Positions 7,825 through 19,324 are shown, counted from the first letter of the stretch. The stretch: 32,000 nt of DNA from Acaryochloris marina S15 (GCF_018336915.1 NZ_CP064923.1:3450001-3482000); one strand, 5' to 3'. Notes: a model not told the origin generated them from the sequence alone. Made by a program: numbers and translations.

Positions 7825-10800
7825 CTATGATTGAACTTCTGAAAGTTGAGAGGATTCCAGCGTTCCTAAAGATCGATAATTATCTGTTTCTCGGAGGCGT
7901 TGACTCAGAAATCGGCAAATTTCCAGAATAATGTGGGGCCGCTGGGTCATCAGGCTAATAAACCGATTTTTCTCTAGCTTTAGCAACGTGCAGTTTTCTA
8001 GGGCAATGGCTCCATCCCAATGGGGCGCATCATCAAATAGGGCCACTTCCCCAAAATATTCACCCACAGACAGCTGCTTTAAATCCCTGGACTGGTCATC
8101 AATGTCTTTAATAATTTGGACCTTGCCTTCCGCAATGATGTAGAAATATGTGCACCAACTGCCTTCTGAGAAGATGGTTTCTCCAGCCAGTTTTTGCTCC
8201 TGTTCAAGGGTTTGGTCAATCAGCAACAGCTCATCCAGAGATAAATTCTTGAAGAGGGCAACTTCCTTGAGCAACAGCAGGCGTTTCATAAATTGATTCG
8301 TAGGTAAGGGGTCTGGATCAACCGACAGAAAAATCTGTTCCGCCACGGTTTTAACGAGGGGGTCTGGATCGTTGACTAAAGCAGAGGGGACACCCGCTAG
8401 GGCGATTAAAGCCCCGATCCGAATCCATCGATCCTGAGTTTCTAAGGCTTCTAACAGTAATTTATACCCTTTATCTCGCATCCATTGTGGTTCAACGCAA
8501 CTTCGTCCGCTGACAGGCTCTTTTTTAACCACCTGTTCTAGCACTGGAAGCAGAGGCAACACAAAGCGACGATTTTTCAGAGAAGCTAAGGCTTCGACTG
8601 CACTGGCTAAATCCTTTTGTTCATTGGTACTGAGGATGCGATTGATGGCATTGACCGTTCGATCATGGCCCAGGCAGGCCAGAATATAGAGCACTTTTTG
8701 CAACAGTCGATTGTGAAAATCTTCAATCGCCAAGGCTAGGGGTTGCCAATTGGGATCTGTACTGGGGATTTGCTGCTGCCATTTACGGGTATGGACGAGT
8801 TGCTGGAACTCAGGGGCTAGATGCTCATACAAGATCTTACCGGCCTGACGATTTCGCACCTGTCCTATGGCTGCGATCGCAGTATTCACTACGTCCGTAT
8901 CATTCGCAGATAAACTCTCTTGGGCCATCAGCAATCCCGGCTTGCCATAGGCGGGCAAAATCTTAGCTGCCTGCTGTCGGACTCGAGAATCAGGATCTTC
9001 AAATCCCAGGGCAATGTGGGTGGCATAGTCCGGGACATGGACTACTCCCAATAACTTAAAGGCAGCAGCTCGAACCAACGGCGCAGGATGATCGAGGGCC
9101 GTAATAGCGATATCCGCTAGATCTCGATCCCCAGCTTGGCCTAGGGTGGCAAGGATAGCCAAGCTCTCTTGCTGAATACCCGGATCGCCCTGGATCAGCA
9201 ATTTCGTTAGCAATGGCATTAAGCTTCGATCTTGGCTGCAGGCGATCACCCGCACCACGGCTTGACCCGCTGCTTCAGAAAGGTCTGAATACCAGATTTG
9301 ATCACAGGTGGCTTGCAGGGTCTCATCCATTTGGCCCACTTGATCTACAGCGACTGCTGCTAAGGGCCGTATGGTTGGATCCGCCTCCGTTAAGAGGGGT
9401 TGAAGTTGTTCCGCCGTAAAGGGGTAACGATTGGCAATCAGAATTTCTAAGGCGGTGGAACGGAGCGGCCCAGAGGCAGTCTGCAGGCAATCTTCAAAAA
9501 TTGCGACGGTTTCTGGATCTGGATTAGTGCTGAATAGGCGAACAATGGCCGTTTGCAGATCTGGATCGTCCTGCCCTAGCAATGGCTGTACATCTAAATA
9601 AAACTGGCTGGGTTGCCCGAGCTGGGTTGCAAACTCCAGACCCTTGATTTGGGTGTAGCGATCGCTATCTTTGAGCAAGTCGCGAATCACTGCATTGGAC
9701 TCTGCTGGGAACTGGGCCTGGACATTGCCCAGCTCATCCAAATTAATGGTGTCCGAGCGGATCATTTCTTCTAGACCCTGGGCATAGTACTTGCCCATGG
9801 GTAAACGCAGACCAAATAAAACGCAAGTCAAGCCGATGGCAATCCAGGAAATTTGAGCCAAGCTCAGGGTGTGATGACAGATCCAGAGGAGGCAGCCCGC
9901 TGTGGTTAAGCCCACCGCATAAAAGAAGCCATCGCTAAGGGTTCGAATGCGACCTAAAAACTCCCGAGGGACCGCATTATAGTTGAGCTGATGGACGGGG
10001 ATATTGATGCTTTTGTAGAGGCCATCTCCATTGATATGGAGGGCGATGGCAGCCGGAAGGCTGGTTTGCAGGACAATGCCAAACAGACCAAACAGAGTGG
10101 TTAGGGGATAGACCACATTCATGCGGGCGACCCCGACCCAATGGAGGAGCGGGCGAGTAAAGCAATAGAGCACCAGCACCTGAATCACGCTAACGCTCAC
10201 CCGCATCAAGCCTAAGAAGCCCGTGAGGGCATCTTCCGTAAAGTTATCGGCATAGATACTGAACCATAAAAATTCCGCGGACAGGTAGATAATCACCAAC
10301 AAGAAGCTGCTGGCGGCCAAAAACAGCATCAGCGGGTAACGCTTCACCAAGTCGGGAAAAGTTTTTAGGGCTTCAATCATGCCCACATTGTCTGTTTTGC
10401 CGACGGTTTCAATTTGGCGTTGGGTGTTTTCCAGGAAAAACAGCTGTGCGATCGCAATCCCAAACACAACGGGTAACCCCAGCAATAGCTCTCGGGTAGA
10501 AAAGAAGTGGGACAACAACGCCGTCAATCCGCCCCCAATTAGGGTGCCAGCGGCCTGGGCCATGCCAATAAATGGGGCATACCGCTTATAGTCCAGAGCC
10601 GAAAAATAATCCGTTAGTAAACTGGCATAGAGAATATTGTTATGAAAGTCCCACTGAAAAAAGACCAAAATCAGGACGATATAGTAGGTAACGAGTCCCG
10701 TTTCTGCCAGCAGGAACCACATACCGACAGCCATAACCGCAGCCAACATCAGCATGTATCGAAATAGCTGGGGGCGGCTGTATTGATCTACTACTTGCGA

Positions 10801-11013
10801 GAACAACGCATAGGCAGGGATTGAAAACAGGCCGATCAAGATAAAGGCTAAGGGCAATCCATCGGCACCCACATGGGTGAGAAAGAGTGAATTAGCCACC
10901 GCCATCTCAATGACGCTATAGGTGAGTACCACCATGGCCAAAAGCAATAGCTGGGCCAGACGTCCCAATTTCCATGGGGACGAACCAGACGGAAGCTCAG
11001 CTAAATTGACCAT
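7825..11013 (-). CDS. Fusion protein: NTT/TLC-like (MFS-type) transporter domain + HEAT repeats + C-terminal cyclic-nucleotide-binding-like domain
   Basis: Residues 1 to about 405 contain about 12 TM helices and resemble ATP/ADP-translocase-like carriers. Residues about 430-900 carry repeated PBS-lyase-type HEAT signatures (DHPAPLVRAAAFKLLG, FEDPDSRVRQQAAKILP, VNDPDPLVKTVAEQIF, DPTIRPLAAVAV). Residues 909 to about 1035 form a cNMP-binding fold (FKNLSLDELLLI...GETIFSEG...FYIIAEGKVQI...GEYFGEVALF...). Confidence 0.75.
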   Translation of the reverse strand: MVNLAELPSGSSPWKLGRLAQLLLLAMVVLTYSVIEMAVANSLFLTHVGADGLPLAFILIGLFSIPAYALFSQVVDQYSRPQLFRYMLMLAAVMAVGMWFLLAETGLVTYYIVLILVFFQWDFHNNILYASLLTDYFSALDYKRYAPFIGMAQAAGTLIGGGLTALLSHFFSTRELLLGLPVVFGIAIAQLFFLENTQRQIETVGKTDNVGMIEALKTFPDLVKRYPLMLFLAASSFLLVIIYLSAEFLWFSIYADNFTEDALTGFLGLMRVSVSVIQVLVLYCFTRPLLHWVGVARMNVVYPLTTLFGLFGIVLQTSLPAAIALHINGDGLYKSINIPVHQLNYNAVPREFLGRIRTLSDGFFYAVGLTTAGCLLWICHHTLSLAQISWIAIGLTCVLFGLRLPMGKYYAQGLEEMIRSDTINLDELGNVQAQFPAESNAVIRDLLKDSDRYTQIKGLEFATQLGQPSQFYLDVQPLLGQDDPDLQTAIVRLFSTNPDPETVAIFEDCLQTASGPLRSTALEILIANRYPFTAEQLQPLLTEADPTIRPLAAVAVDQVGQMDETLQATCDQIWYSDLSEAAGQAVVRVIACSQDRSLMPLLTKLLIQGDPGIQQESLAILATLGQAGDRDLADIAITALDHPAPLVRAAAFKLLGVVHVPDYATHIALGFEDPDSRVRQQAAKILPAYGKPGLLMAQESLSANDTDVVNTAIAAIGQVRNRQAGKILYEHLAPEFQQLVHTRKWQQQIPSTDPNWQPLALAIEDFHNRLLQKVLYILACLGHDRTVNAINRILSTNEQKDLASAVEALASLKNRRFVLPLLPVLEQVVKKEPVSGRSCVEPQWMRDKGYKLLLEALETQDRWIRIGALIALAGVPSALVNDPDPLVKTVAEQIFLSVDPDPLPTNQFMKRLLLLKEVALFKNLSLDELLLIDQTLEQEQKLAGETIFSEGSWCTYFYIIAEGKVQIIKDIDDQSRDLKQLSVGEYFGEVALFDDAPHWDGAIALENCTLLKLEKNRFISLMTQRPHIILEICRFLSQRLRETDNYRSLGTLESSQLSEVQS

Positions 11014-11885
11014 AAATACACTCTGCTCATTAACCTATTGTGACTCAATTCCCTCCGCAATGAAATTGTCGATCCCGAGTAACCAAAATCGAGGAATTGA
11101 TGCCAATGTAATATGCTGAGTGCTGCTATTCAGCCATACCCATAGAGTCGTTAATGGATTGTCACAACTGTTACCCCGACCAAGTCTTTTTACTATAGAC
11201 TCAGTCCATCTTATTTGATTGGCAGGAAAATCATCAAACTGGCAATGAACAAACAGGATTTTCTATAAAAGTCTTGGCTCCTTGCCCACTGGCTTCCAGC
11301 TCACGAATTGGGGATCAGCGATGGGGACAAGGCAACTATCTAAATCTAGATTAAGAATATTCAGGCAGGGTCAGCAAGATCACCACATTCAATCTTAAGT
11401 ATGGCAGGCTATTTTGCTGAAACTTCTAAAGCATTATGGCTATTGGTCTCAATTCCCAAGAAGGAAGAGGATAACAATCTCCATTGGGTGGATCTGAGGG
11501 AAGTCTGCTAGTGAAGTGGTTGAGGCTTACTCTTGGCCTCAGTTGCTGCCAGCGGTAACCATTGAGATACCTACAGATACTCTAGCCTTTGGAGCCAATC
11601 AAAAGCCAGGCAAAGAAGCTCACGTATTCGACAAAATCTTCCAAGGCATAAAACACAAGTGAATACCATACAAAAACACCAAAACATTTAGGGCATATTT
11701 TTATTTACTGTCCGTATAAAATAACCAGATCTTTTGATTATCATGGGTCTTTAGAATTTTATTTGATGCCTGAATTAATTTTTGTCTAAATTGACTTAAA
11801 TTATCTTTCTTTTTTCTTGGCTTATTGGTAATAAAAACAGAGAGTGAACTTAGCTAAATAGAACTTAAAAAAGGTAAAACGAGTT

Positions 11886-12632
11886 ATGCAAAATAAATTT
11901 AAGGTTTTTAGTCTACTAATGGCTATTGGCATGGGAGCAAACTTAACAGCCTGTAACGGATCGCCCTCATCTAGACAAGACACCGCCAACCCTAATGTCC
12001 AAAGTGCCCCTTTAACAAAGTCTGAGCAGACAAATGGACAAGCCGCCGACAACAACCAGGGCAAAATAGCTAATGCTGAATTTAAAGACAAGCTCAGGGG
12101 TGAAGAACTCTTAAGTGCTCTACAAAAGGGCGGGTATATTATCTATTTTCGCCATACCCAGACCAATAAAGGTGAAAAAGATCAGGCTAGCTCTAAGTCG
12201 GACCTCGCCAACTGTGAACTCCAGCGGCAATTGAGTCAAGAAGGCACCCAACAGGCTCAAGAAATAGGGGCAGCATTCACCGCCAAAAATATTCCTGTAG
12301 GGGAAGTAATCACTAGTGAGTATTGCCGAACTTGGAAAACGGCAGATTCAGCATTTGGTCAGCATGTGAAGAATCCTCGGCTCAACTATTTACCGACTAA
12401 AACCCCTTCGCCACAACAAAGAGACGAAGCGGAGAAAAACGTAAAACCATTACTAACTGCACTTCCCAAGGCAGAGAAAAATACTGTTATTGTTGGGCAT
12501 TCCGATATCTTTGAAGTCACTACTGGCATTCTGCCGGAACCAGAAGGGGTGGCCTATGTAATGACTCCCAATGGCAAGGGAGACTTTGTGCTAGAAGCCA
12601 ATGTATTACCTGAGGAATGGTCAAAACTATAG
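11886..12632 (+). CDS. Exported lipoprotein of the histidine phosphatase superfamily (SixA/PGM-like branch)
   Basis: It has a signal peptide with a lipobox (MQNKFKVFSLLMAIGMGANLTAC). It also has the catalytic RH motif (YIIYFRHTQT), R-x-L-S-x-x-G (RQLSQEGTQQAQEIG), SEYCRTWKTA and a second His (VIVGHSDIF). Confidence 0.65.
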   Translation: MQNKFKVFSLLMAIGMGANLTACNGSPSSRQDTANPNVQSAPLTKSEQTNGQAADNNQGKIANAEFKDKLRGEELLSALQKGGYIIYFRHTQTNKGEKDQASSKSDLANCELQRQLSQEGTQQAQEIGAAFTAKNIPVGEVITSEYCRTWKTADSAFGQHVKNPRLNYLPTKTPSPQQRDEAEKNVKPLLTALPKAEKNTVIVGHSDIFEVTTGILPEPEGVAYVMTPNGKGDFVLEANVLPEEWSKL

Positions 12633-12820
12633 GTGGCCTCTCTATTACAAATACTGGACAAGAAGCCAGACAATCACGAATTGCAATAAGTTATCTCTCT
12701 ATTGAGATAGGTCCCAGTCATATCCTGTTTTCAGGTCACTACAATTGGAGTAAAGCATGTGATCCCTACCTATCAATACTGGGCGGGGGAAAAGGACCGT
12801 GCAGTTAGAGGGAAGCCAGT

Positions 12821-15562
12821 ATGGAGTGGTATCAACTGCATCCAGAGGAAGTCTTGCATCATTTGGACGCCTCTCTTGATCAGGGACTTTCCCACGCTGA
12901 GGTAACCCTTCGACAACAGACCTATGGTCTAAATGAACTGATCGAACAAGACCGCGAAAGCCCTTGGCATATGCTGTGGAAACAGCTAACAGCCACCATG
13001 GTCTTGATTCTGATTGTGGCTTCAGTTCTATCCGGTTTGCTAGGGGATCTTAAAGATGCCCTAGCTATTCTAGCTATTGTTATTTTCAATGCGGGCCTAG
13101 GCTTCTTTCAAGATTATCAAGCGGAACAAGCCATTTCTGCTCTCAAGAAACTAGCTGTCCCTAGGGTTAGGGTCCGACGCCAAGAGTCCTGGCAAGCGGT
13201 CGGGGCGCAGTCCCTAGTCCCAGGAGATATCATCGCCCTTGAAGCAGGTAACTTGGTACCTGCAGACTGCCGAGTCATGGACAGTGCTTCTTTACGCGTG
13301 CAAGAAGCGTCTCTAACGGGAGAATCTGAACCCGTTAATAAAATCGTCGACGCCTTAGCCGATCAGCATCCCTTAGCTGAACGTTACAACATGGTCTACA
13401 TGGGAACGGCTGTTACCTATGGCCGAGGTCAAGCGGTGGTCACTCACACGGGGATGAAAACGGAGCTTGGCCAGATTGCAGCGGCGATTCAAACGGCTAA
13501 GCCTAGTCCAACGCTGCTCCAGCAGCGCTTGGATCGGTTTGGGCAACAACTTGCGATCGCAATCACAATCCTCATCCTAATCATCTTTCTCCTGGGGCTA
13601 TGGCAGGGCGAAAATTTGCGATTTATGTTCCTAACTGCCGTGAGCTTAGGGGTTGCAGCCGTTCCCGAGGGTTTACCTGCCATCGTCACGATTGCACTGG
13701 CCTTAGGGGCTCAGCGCATGTTGAAGCATCAAGCCCTTATTCGGAAGCTGCCCGCGGTGGAGACCCTTGGTTCCGTGACGGTTATTTGTTCAGACAAAAC
13801 CGGAACCTTGACTGAGAACCGCATGGCCGTCACTGATTTGGTCTTTGCTGGCACAGAGATGTCTATCCCTGCCACTCCCAACATGCCATTGACGCCCACG
13901 TTACCGCCCAACCCTTGTTTGCAGAGCCTGCAGTCTAACCAGCAATCTGTACTCGATGTGATGCTGACGGGGCTAGCCCTTTGCAATGATGCCTGTTTAG
14001 AATCCGATCCCGATCAACTCAATCACTATCGTCTTCTGGGAGATCCGACAGAAACAGCATTGCTAGCCGCTGCGGCCCAGTTAGGCTCCTGGCCCCCTCA
14101 ATTCCGCCAACATCTCCCTCGTCATCAAGAACTTCCCTTTGATGCCAACCGCAAGTTAATGAGTACGGTGCATCGATTTCAAACGATGCCCGGTCTGGAG
14201 GCACTTGCCCAATCTGCTCCGGCTCCCCTCAGCTCCTTAAATCTCATGTTTACCAAAGGGGCTCTGGATCGTCTATTGGATCAATCCAGTCATATTTGGG
14301 GTGCAGATCTGATCGAGCCCCTCTCAGCAGCCAAACGGCAAGAAATTTCTCAAATTCACGATCGCCTGGCTGCTGACGGGAAACGCATTTTGGGACTGGC
14401 TCTGCGATGGCTTCCCCAAAGTCCGAACGGTTTATCTCCACAGAACCTTGAGCAGGACTTAGTGCTGGTGGGGTTAGTGGCCATGATTGATCCACCCCGT
14501 CCTGAAGCAAAAGACGCTGTATTTTTGTGTCAGACCGCAGGGATTCGTCCAGTCATGATTACTGGGGATCACCCGATTACAGCGAAAGCCATCGCCCAGC
14601 AGCTCAACATTGCTAGCAGCCTCCCTCTGACGGGCCAAGACCTAGACAAAATCAATGAGGCTGAACTCTTAGAAGCGGTTCAGCATGTTTCGATTTATGC
14701 TCGGGTCTCCCCCCAACATAAGCTGGCAATTGTGCGCACATTGCAGCACCAGGGGCAGATTGTGGCTATGACCGGAGATGGAATTAATGATGCCCCCGCC
14801 TTAAAGCAGGCCAATATTGGTGTAGCGATGGGCATCACCGGCACGGATGTCGCAAAACAAGCAGCGGATATGATTCTGCTAAATGATGACTTTTCAACCA
14901 TTGTGGAAGCAGTGCGGGAAGGGCGAGTCATTTATGACAATATTCGCAAATTTATCAAGTACACCTTGAGCGGCAATTGTGGTGAGCTGTGGGTGATCTT
15001 GATGGCTCCCTTAGTGAATATGCCGATTCCGCTGCTACCGCTGCAAATTTTATGGATCAATTTACTGGCTGATGGTCTACTGGCCATCGGGTTGAGTGTG
15101 GAACCCGCAGAGCGCAACATCATGCGCCGATCTCCCTACTCTCCTACCGAGAACCTATTTAGCCGTGGGGTGGGTCGGGATATTGCTTGGATTGGATTAT
15201 TGTTAGGCTGTCTGTTCTTCGGAGTAGGGTACTGGGGTTGGCAGACTGGGCTGGCCCATTGGCAAACCCTGATTTTTTCCACCCTGGCATTTTCGCGAAT
15301 TTTTCTCGTCCAAGCCATTCGCAGTGAGCAAGAGTCCTTGTTCAAAATGGGCGTAATAAGCAATAGACCTTTACTAGGAACGGTATTGCTGACCACAGGC
15401 CTGCAGCTATTGGTCCTCTACCATCCGATGTTTCAAAAAATCTTTGAAACCCAGCCTCTTTCTATGGTGGAGCTGCTGCTTTGCCTTGGAGTTGCCAGTC
15501 TAGGTTTCTGGGCCGTTGAACTACAAAAATGGCGAATGCGGCGGACTTCTCGCCTGGGCTAA
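12821..15562 (+). CDS. P2-type cation-transporting P-type ATPase (Ca2+/PacL-like E1-E2 ATPase)
   Basis: It has a cation-ATPase N-terminal segment ([18 protein letters not shown]), TGES, the TM4 motif [27 protein letters not shown] and [14 protein letters not shown], followed by a 10-TM-type C-terminal region. Confidence 0.9.
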   Translation: MEWYQLHPEEVLHHLDASLDQGLSHAEVTLRQQTYGLNELIEQDRESPWHMLWKQLTATMVLILIVASVLSGLLGDLKDALAILAIVIFNAGLGFFQDYQAEQAISALKKLAVPRVRVRRQESWQAVGAQSLVPGDIIALEAGNLVPADCRVMDSASLRVQEASLTGESEPVNKIVDALADQHPLAERYNMVYMGTAVTYGRGQAVVTHTGMKTELGQIAAAIQTAKPSPTLLQQRLDRFGQQLAIAITILILIIFLLGLWQGENLRFMFLTAVSLGVAAVPEGLPAIVTIALALGAQRMLKHQALIRKLPAVETLGSVTVICSDKTGTLTENRMAVTDLVFAGTEMSIPATPNMPLTPTLPPNPCLQSLQSNQQSVLDVMLTGLALCNDACLESDPDQLNHYRLLGDPTETALLAAAAQLGSWPPQFRQHLPRHQELPFDANRKLMSTVHRFQTMPGLEALAQSAPAPLSSLNLMFTKGALDRLLDQSSHIWGADLIEPLSAAKRQEISQIHDRLAADGKRILGLALRWLPQSPNGLSPQNLEQDLVLVGLVAMIDPPRPEAKDAVFLCQTAGIRPVMITGDHPITAKAIAQQLNIASSLPLTGQDLDKINEAELLEAVQHVSIYARVSPQHKLAIVRTLQHQGQIVAMTGDGINDAPALKQANIGVAMGITGTDVAKQAADMILLNDDFSTIVEAVREGRVIYDNIRKFIKYTLSGNCGELWVILMAPLVNMPIPLLPLQILWINLLADGLLAIGLSVEPAERNIMRRSPYSPTENLFSRGVGRDIAWIGLLLGCLFFGVGYWGWQTGLAHWQTLIFSTLAFSRIFLVQAIRSEQESLFKMGVISNRPLLGTVLLTTGLQLLVLYHPMFQKIFETQPLSMVELLLCLGVASLGFWAVELQKWRMRRTSRLG

Positions 15563-17023
15563 TTACTCAATCTGATGAATCTTGATAAAGTTGGTGCCCC
15601 GCGGTTGTTGTGTGGGAATCCCGCCGATAATCAAAATTTTGTCACCCGATTTCACCAAGTTTTTCTCTAATAAACAGGTCTGAGCTTGGGACACCAAATG
15701 CTCGAAGGATTCAACTTGATGATCAATCAAAATAGGCTTAACGCCCCAAACTAGGTTGAGACGATGGTAGACCTTCTCAAAGGGGGTTATGGCAATCACC
15801 GGCGTACGGGGTCGCTCTCCAGCCGCCATCAGGGCGGTGTAGCCCGTGGAGGTAAAGGCAGCAATGCACTTCAAGGAGAGCACTTCTTGAATCGCACTGA
15901 GGGCCTCACTGAGAGCATGGGTCTCATCAAAACAGGCCGGTGGATTATTCACAAAGTTCAGATCGGGTTCCACGTCCGTGGCAATTCGGGCCAGCATCTC
16001 CACCGCTTTGACGGGATATTGGCCCACAGCGGATTCCCCTGACAACATCACCGCATCGGTTCCGTCAATGATGGCATTAGCAACATCACTGGCTTCAGCT
16101 CGGGTGGGTCGGGGGTTGCGAATCATGCTGTCCAGCATTTGGGTCGCCGTTACCACCGGGAGCTTGCGCTTATTGCAGGCGCGAATAATTTGCTTTTGCA
16201 GTTTGGGTACTTTTTCAGCCCGCATTTCCACCCCTAAATCGCCTCGGGCCACCATCACTGCATCACTAGCATCTAGGATGGCTTCGAGATTTGCGATCGC
16301 ATGGGGTTTCTCAATCTTTGCCATCACGGGCACATCTGCTGCCCCATGAGCCGCCAACACCTCTTTTAGGAGGTGAATGTCTGCCGCTCGGCGGACAAAG
16401 CTGAGGGAGACCCAATCCACGCCTTGGGAAAGGCCAAACTCCAAATCTTGCCGATCCTTGTCTGTTAGGGAGGGGAGCTGCAAATCTAAGCTAGGGAGAT
16501 TGACGCCTTTGCGACTGCCTAAAATTCCGCCTTGAATAATTTGACAGTGGATTTGATCCTCTTCAACCTGTTCCACCCTTAATTCCAGCAAACCGTCATC
16601 CATCAAAATCGGCGTTCCGGATTGGGCTTCTTTTGCTAAATAGGGATAGTCAATGGCAACGGTCCGGGGCTGGTTATGAAAATGCTCTTCTGCCACTAAC
16701 GTCAACCGCTCCCCTGGGACTAACTTCATAGCCCCATCAGCAATCTGGCCCACCCGAATTTTAGGGCCTTGCAAATCTTGTAACAAGGTAACGGGCGTAT
16801 CTAGCTCTGCAGAAACAGATCGCAGCAGCTTCACCATTTGAGCATGCTGCTCATAGGTCCCATGGGAAAAGTTCAAGCGAGCCACATCCATTCCGGCTCT
16901 CACCATTTGGCGAATAATATCTGGAGAACTACTGGCCGGACCAATGGTAGCGACGATTTTTGTCCGGTGCGTAAGGGATGCAATCACAGTCGGTATTCTT
17001 CGGAAGTAAAGGCAATCCTTCAA
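15563..17023 (-). CDS. pyk: Pyruvate kinase
   Basis: Diagnostic strings are [43 protein letters not shown] and [11 protein letters not shown]. The start is uncertain: the longest ORF begins at TTG 17023, and an in-frame GTG at 16987 ([12 protein letters not shown]) is an alternative. Confidence 0.93.
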   Translation of the reverse strand: MKDCLYFRRIPTVIASLTHRTKIVATIGPASSSPDIIRQMVRAGMDVARLNFSHGTYEQHAQMVKLLRSVSAELDTPVTLLQDLQGPKIRVGQIADGAMKLVPGERLTLVAEEHFHNQPRTVAIDYPYLAKEAQSGTPILMDDGLLELRVEQVEEDQIHCQIIQGGILGSRKGVNLPSLDLQLPSLTDKDRQDLEFGLSQGVDWVSLSFVRRAADIHLLKEVLAAHGAADVPVMAKIEKPHAIANLEAILDASDAVMVARGDLGVEMRAEKVPKLQKQIIRACNKRKLPVVTATQMLDSMIRNPRPTRAEASDVANAIIDGTDAVMLSGESAVGQYPVKAVEMLARIATDVEPDLNFVNNPPACFDETHALSEALSAIQEVLSLKCIAAFTSTGYTALMAAGERPRTPVIAITPFEKVYHRLNLVWGVKPILIDHQVESFEHLVSQAQTCLLEKNLVKSGDKILIIGGIPTQQPRGTNFIKIHQIE

Positions 17024-17382
17024 CCATATCTTGAATAGATAACTGATCTAAAAAATTGCTTAGGAAAATCCTGTGATCAATAAACGTCCCTTAACGTATT
17101 AGGTGTTGAGCCGTTTTTGTCTCATCATCATAAACCGCACAACTTTGCAAAGGCTTTCTATCTCTACAGTCCCTTTAACGCCAAAAAGTCAGCATTTCTC
17201 AAATTAAATTTATCTTTGACCGCTTTATCTCTGTTTATCTATACCTAAACAGAAATTAAGTTCCGGGTAGAAGATTTGATGGTCAGATCTATAGCTCTAG
17301 CAACAGGAACACGATTTCATCCTGTGAGGGCGATAGGACTGGCTACGAGATATCTGATTTTCGCTGCATGAATAGGGCCTAA

Positions 17383-18459
<1,077 letters not shown>

Positions 18460-18485
18460 TCTATTCGCCCTTTATCTGCACTCCC

Positions 18486-19187
18486 TTAACCGATGGTTGG
18501 GGGAGTGCTTTTGTTGGGGACGAGTAATTCTTCAGCTCGCTGGCGTCGTCGTTTTTGCCATAGTCTGGCAAGGGCTCGAATACTTCGCAAAAATCGATCT
18601 TTTTCGACGGCGGTTAATTGAGTCTGCTGCCAGGCTGGTCTAACCATTAGCGCCTTAAGCCAGTTTTGTAATCGTGGCAGCTGGTCCAAGGAAAATCCCA
18701 AGTCACACACGACGGGGACTAACGATCCCGCCACAATATCTGCCAAACTCAGGTGATCGCCACCAAAATAAGGCCCTTCGAGCAGTCCTTCAAAGATATT
18801 CAGAGCCGTCATCGCTCGATGCTTGGCATAAACTTGCTGGTCTGGCTTTTTCATTAAGCATTCCCCAATCGCCGGGATCAGTTCATTGGTAGTAATCATT
18901 TGCACCTGCCGCACCTTAGCAACTGCCTGGGCAGATTCTGGCAGCAATTTAGGTTGGGGATATTGCAGGTTTAAATAATCCAAAATGGCTTGGGACTCTG
19001 TCACTGTCAAGTCATTGTCCACCAGTACCGGAATCCGACAAAAGGGGTTGAGAGCCCTGAATTCAGGCGTGAATTGATCGCCCCCCATATTGACGACGAT
19101 CGGATCAAACGCTAAGCCCTTTTCAATCAGTGTGATCCAAACCGGACGGCTGAAGAGGGAGGGTTTGGCATAATAAAATGAAATCAT
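18486..19187 (-). CDS. Glutathione S-transferase family protein
   Basis: It has an N-terminal thioredoxin-like GST fold (RIPVLVDNDLTVTESQAILDYL) and a helical C-terminal domain. An unusual basic tail (LWQKRRRQRAEELL) follows. Confidence 0.8.
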   Translation of the reverse strand: MISFYYAKPSLFSRPVWITLIEKGLAFDPIVVNMGGDQFTPEFRALNPFCRIPVLVDNDLTVTESQAILDYLNLQYPQPKLLPESAQAVAKVRQVQMITTNELIPAIGECLMKKPDQQVYAKHRAMTALNIFEGLLEGPYFGGDHLSLADIVAGSLVPVVCDLGFSLDQLPRLQNWLKALMVRPAWQQTQLTAVEKDRFLRSIRALARLWQKRRRQRAEELLVPNKSTPPTIG

Positions 19188-19324
19188 AGCTATACAGAAC
19201 GAACGATCGTACTAAATATATGTCAATCTATACCCTGACTTCAACCCCAACACTAGAAATCTTTCACAGCTCGAATTTAGCCGTCTTGGGCTTGACTCAT
19301 AAAGTCACTAAACAGCCTCATAAC

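Noticed and set aside
9939-9949. tRNA T-loop-like strings (ggttcgaatgc at 9939-9949; a similar tttcgattccc near 3655).
   Set aside because: Both lie inside long uninterrupted CDSs, and no cloverleaf arms can be built around them. I found no tRNA or rRNA gene in the window.
12617-12808. A 63-aa ORF in the leader of the P2-type ATPase gene, and a 36-codon ORF at 11401-11511 in the large gap.
   Set aside because: Neither has an RBS or a recognisable motif, and both have odd composition. They were treated as non-coding.
15978-16349. Long antisense or shadow ORFs inside well-supported genes. Examples are 15978-16349, 21781-22218, 26649-27065, 4485-4775, 4651-4950, 13729-13986 and 975-1220.
   Set aside because: All lie wholly within confidently identified CDSs on the other strand or in another frame. 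They have Arg/Ser/Pro/Gly-rich composition and no recognisable motifs.
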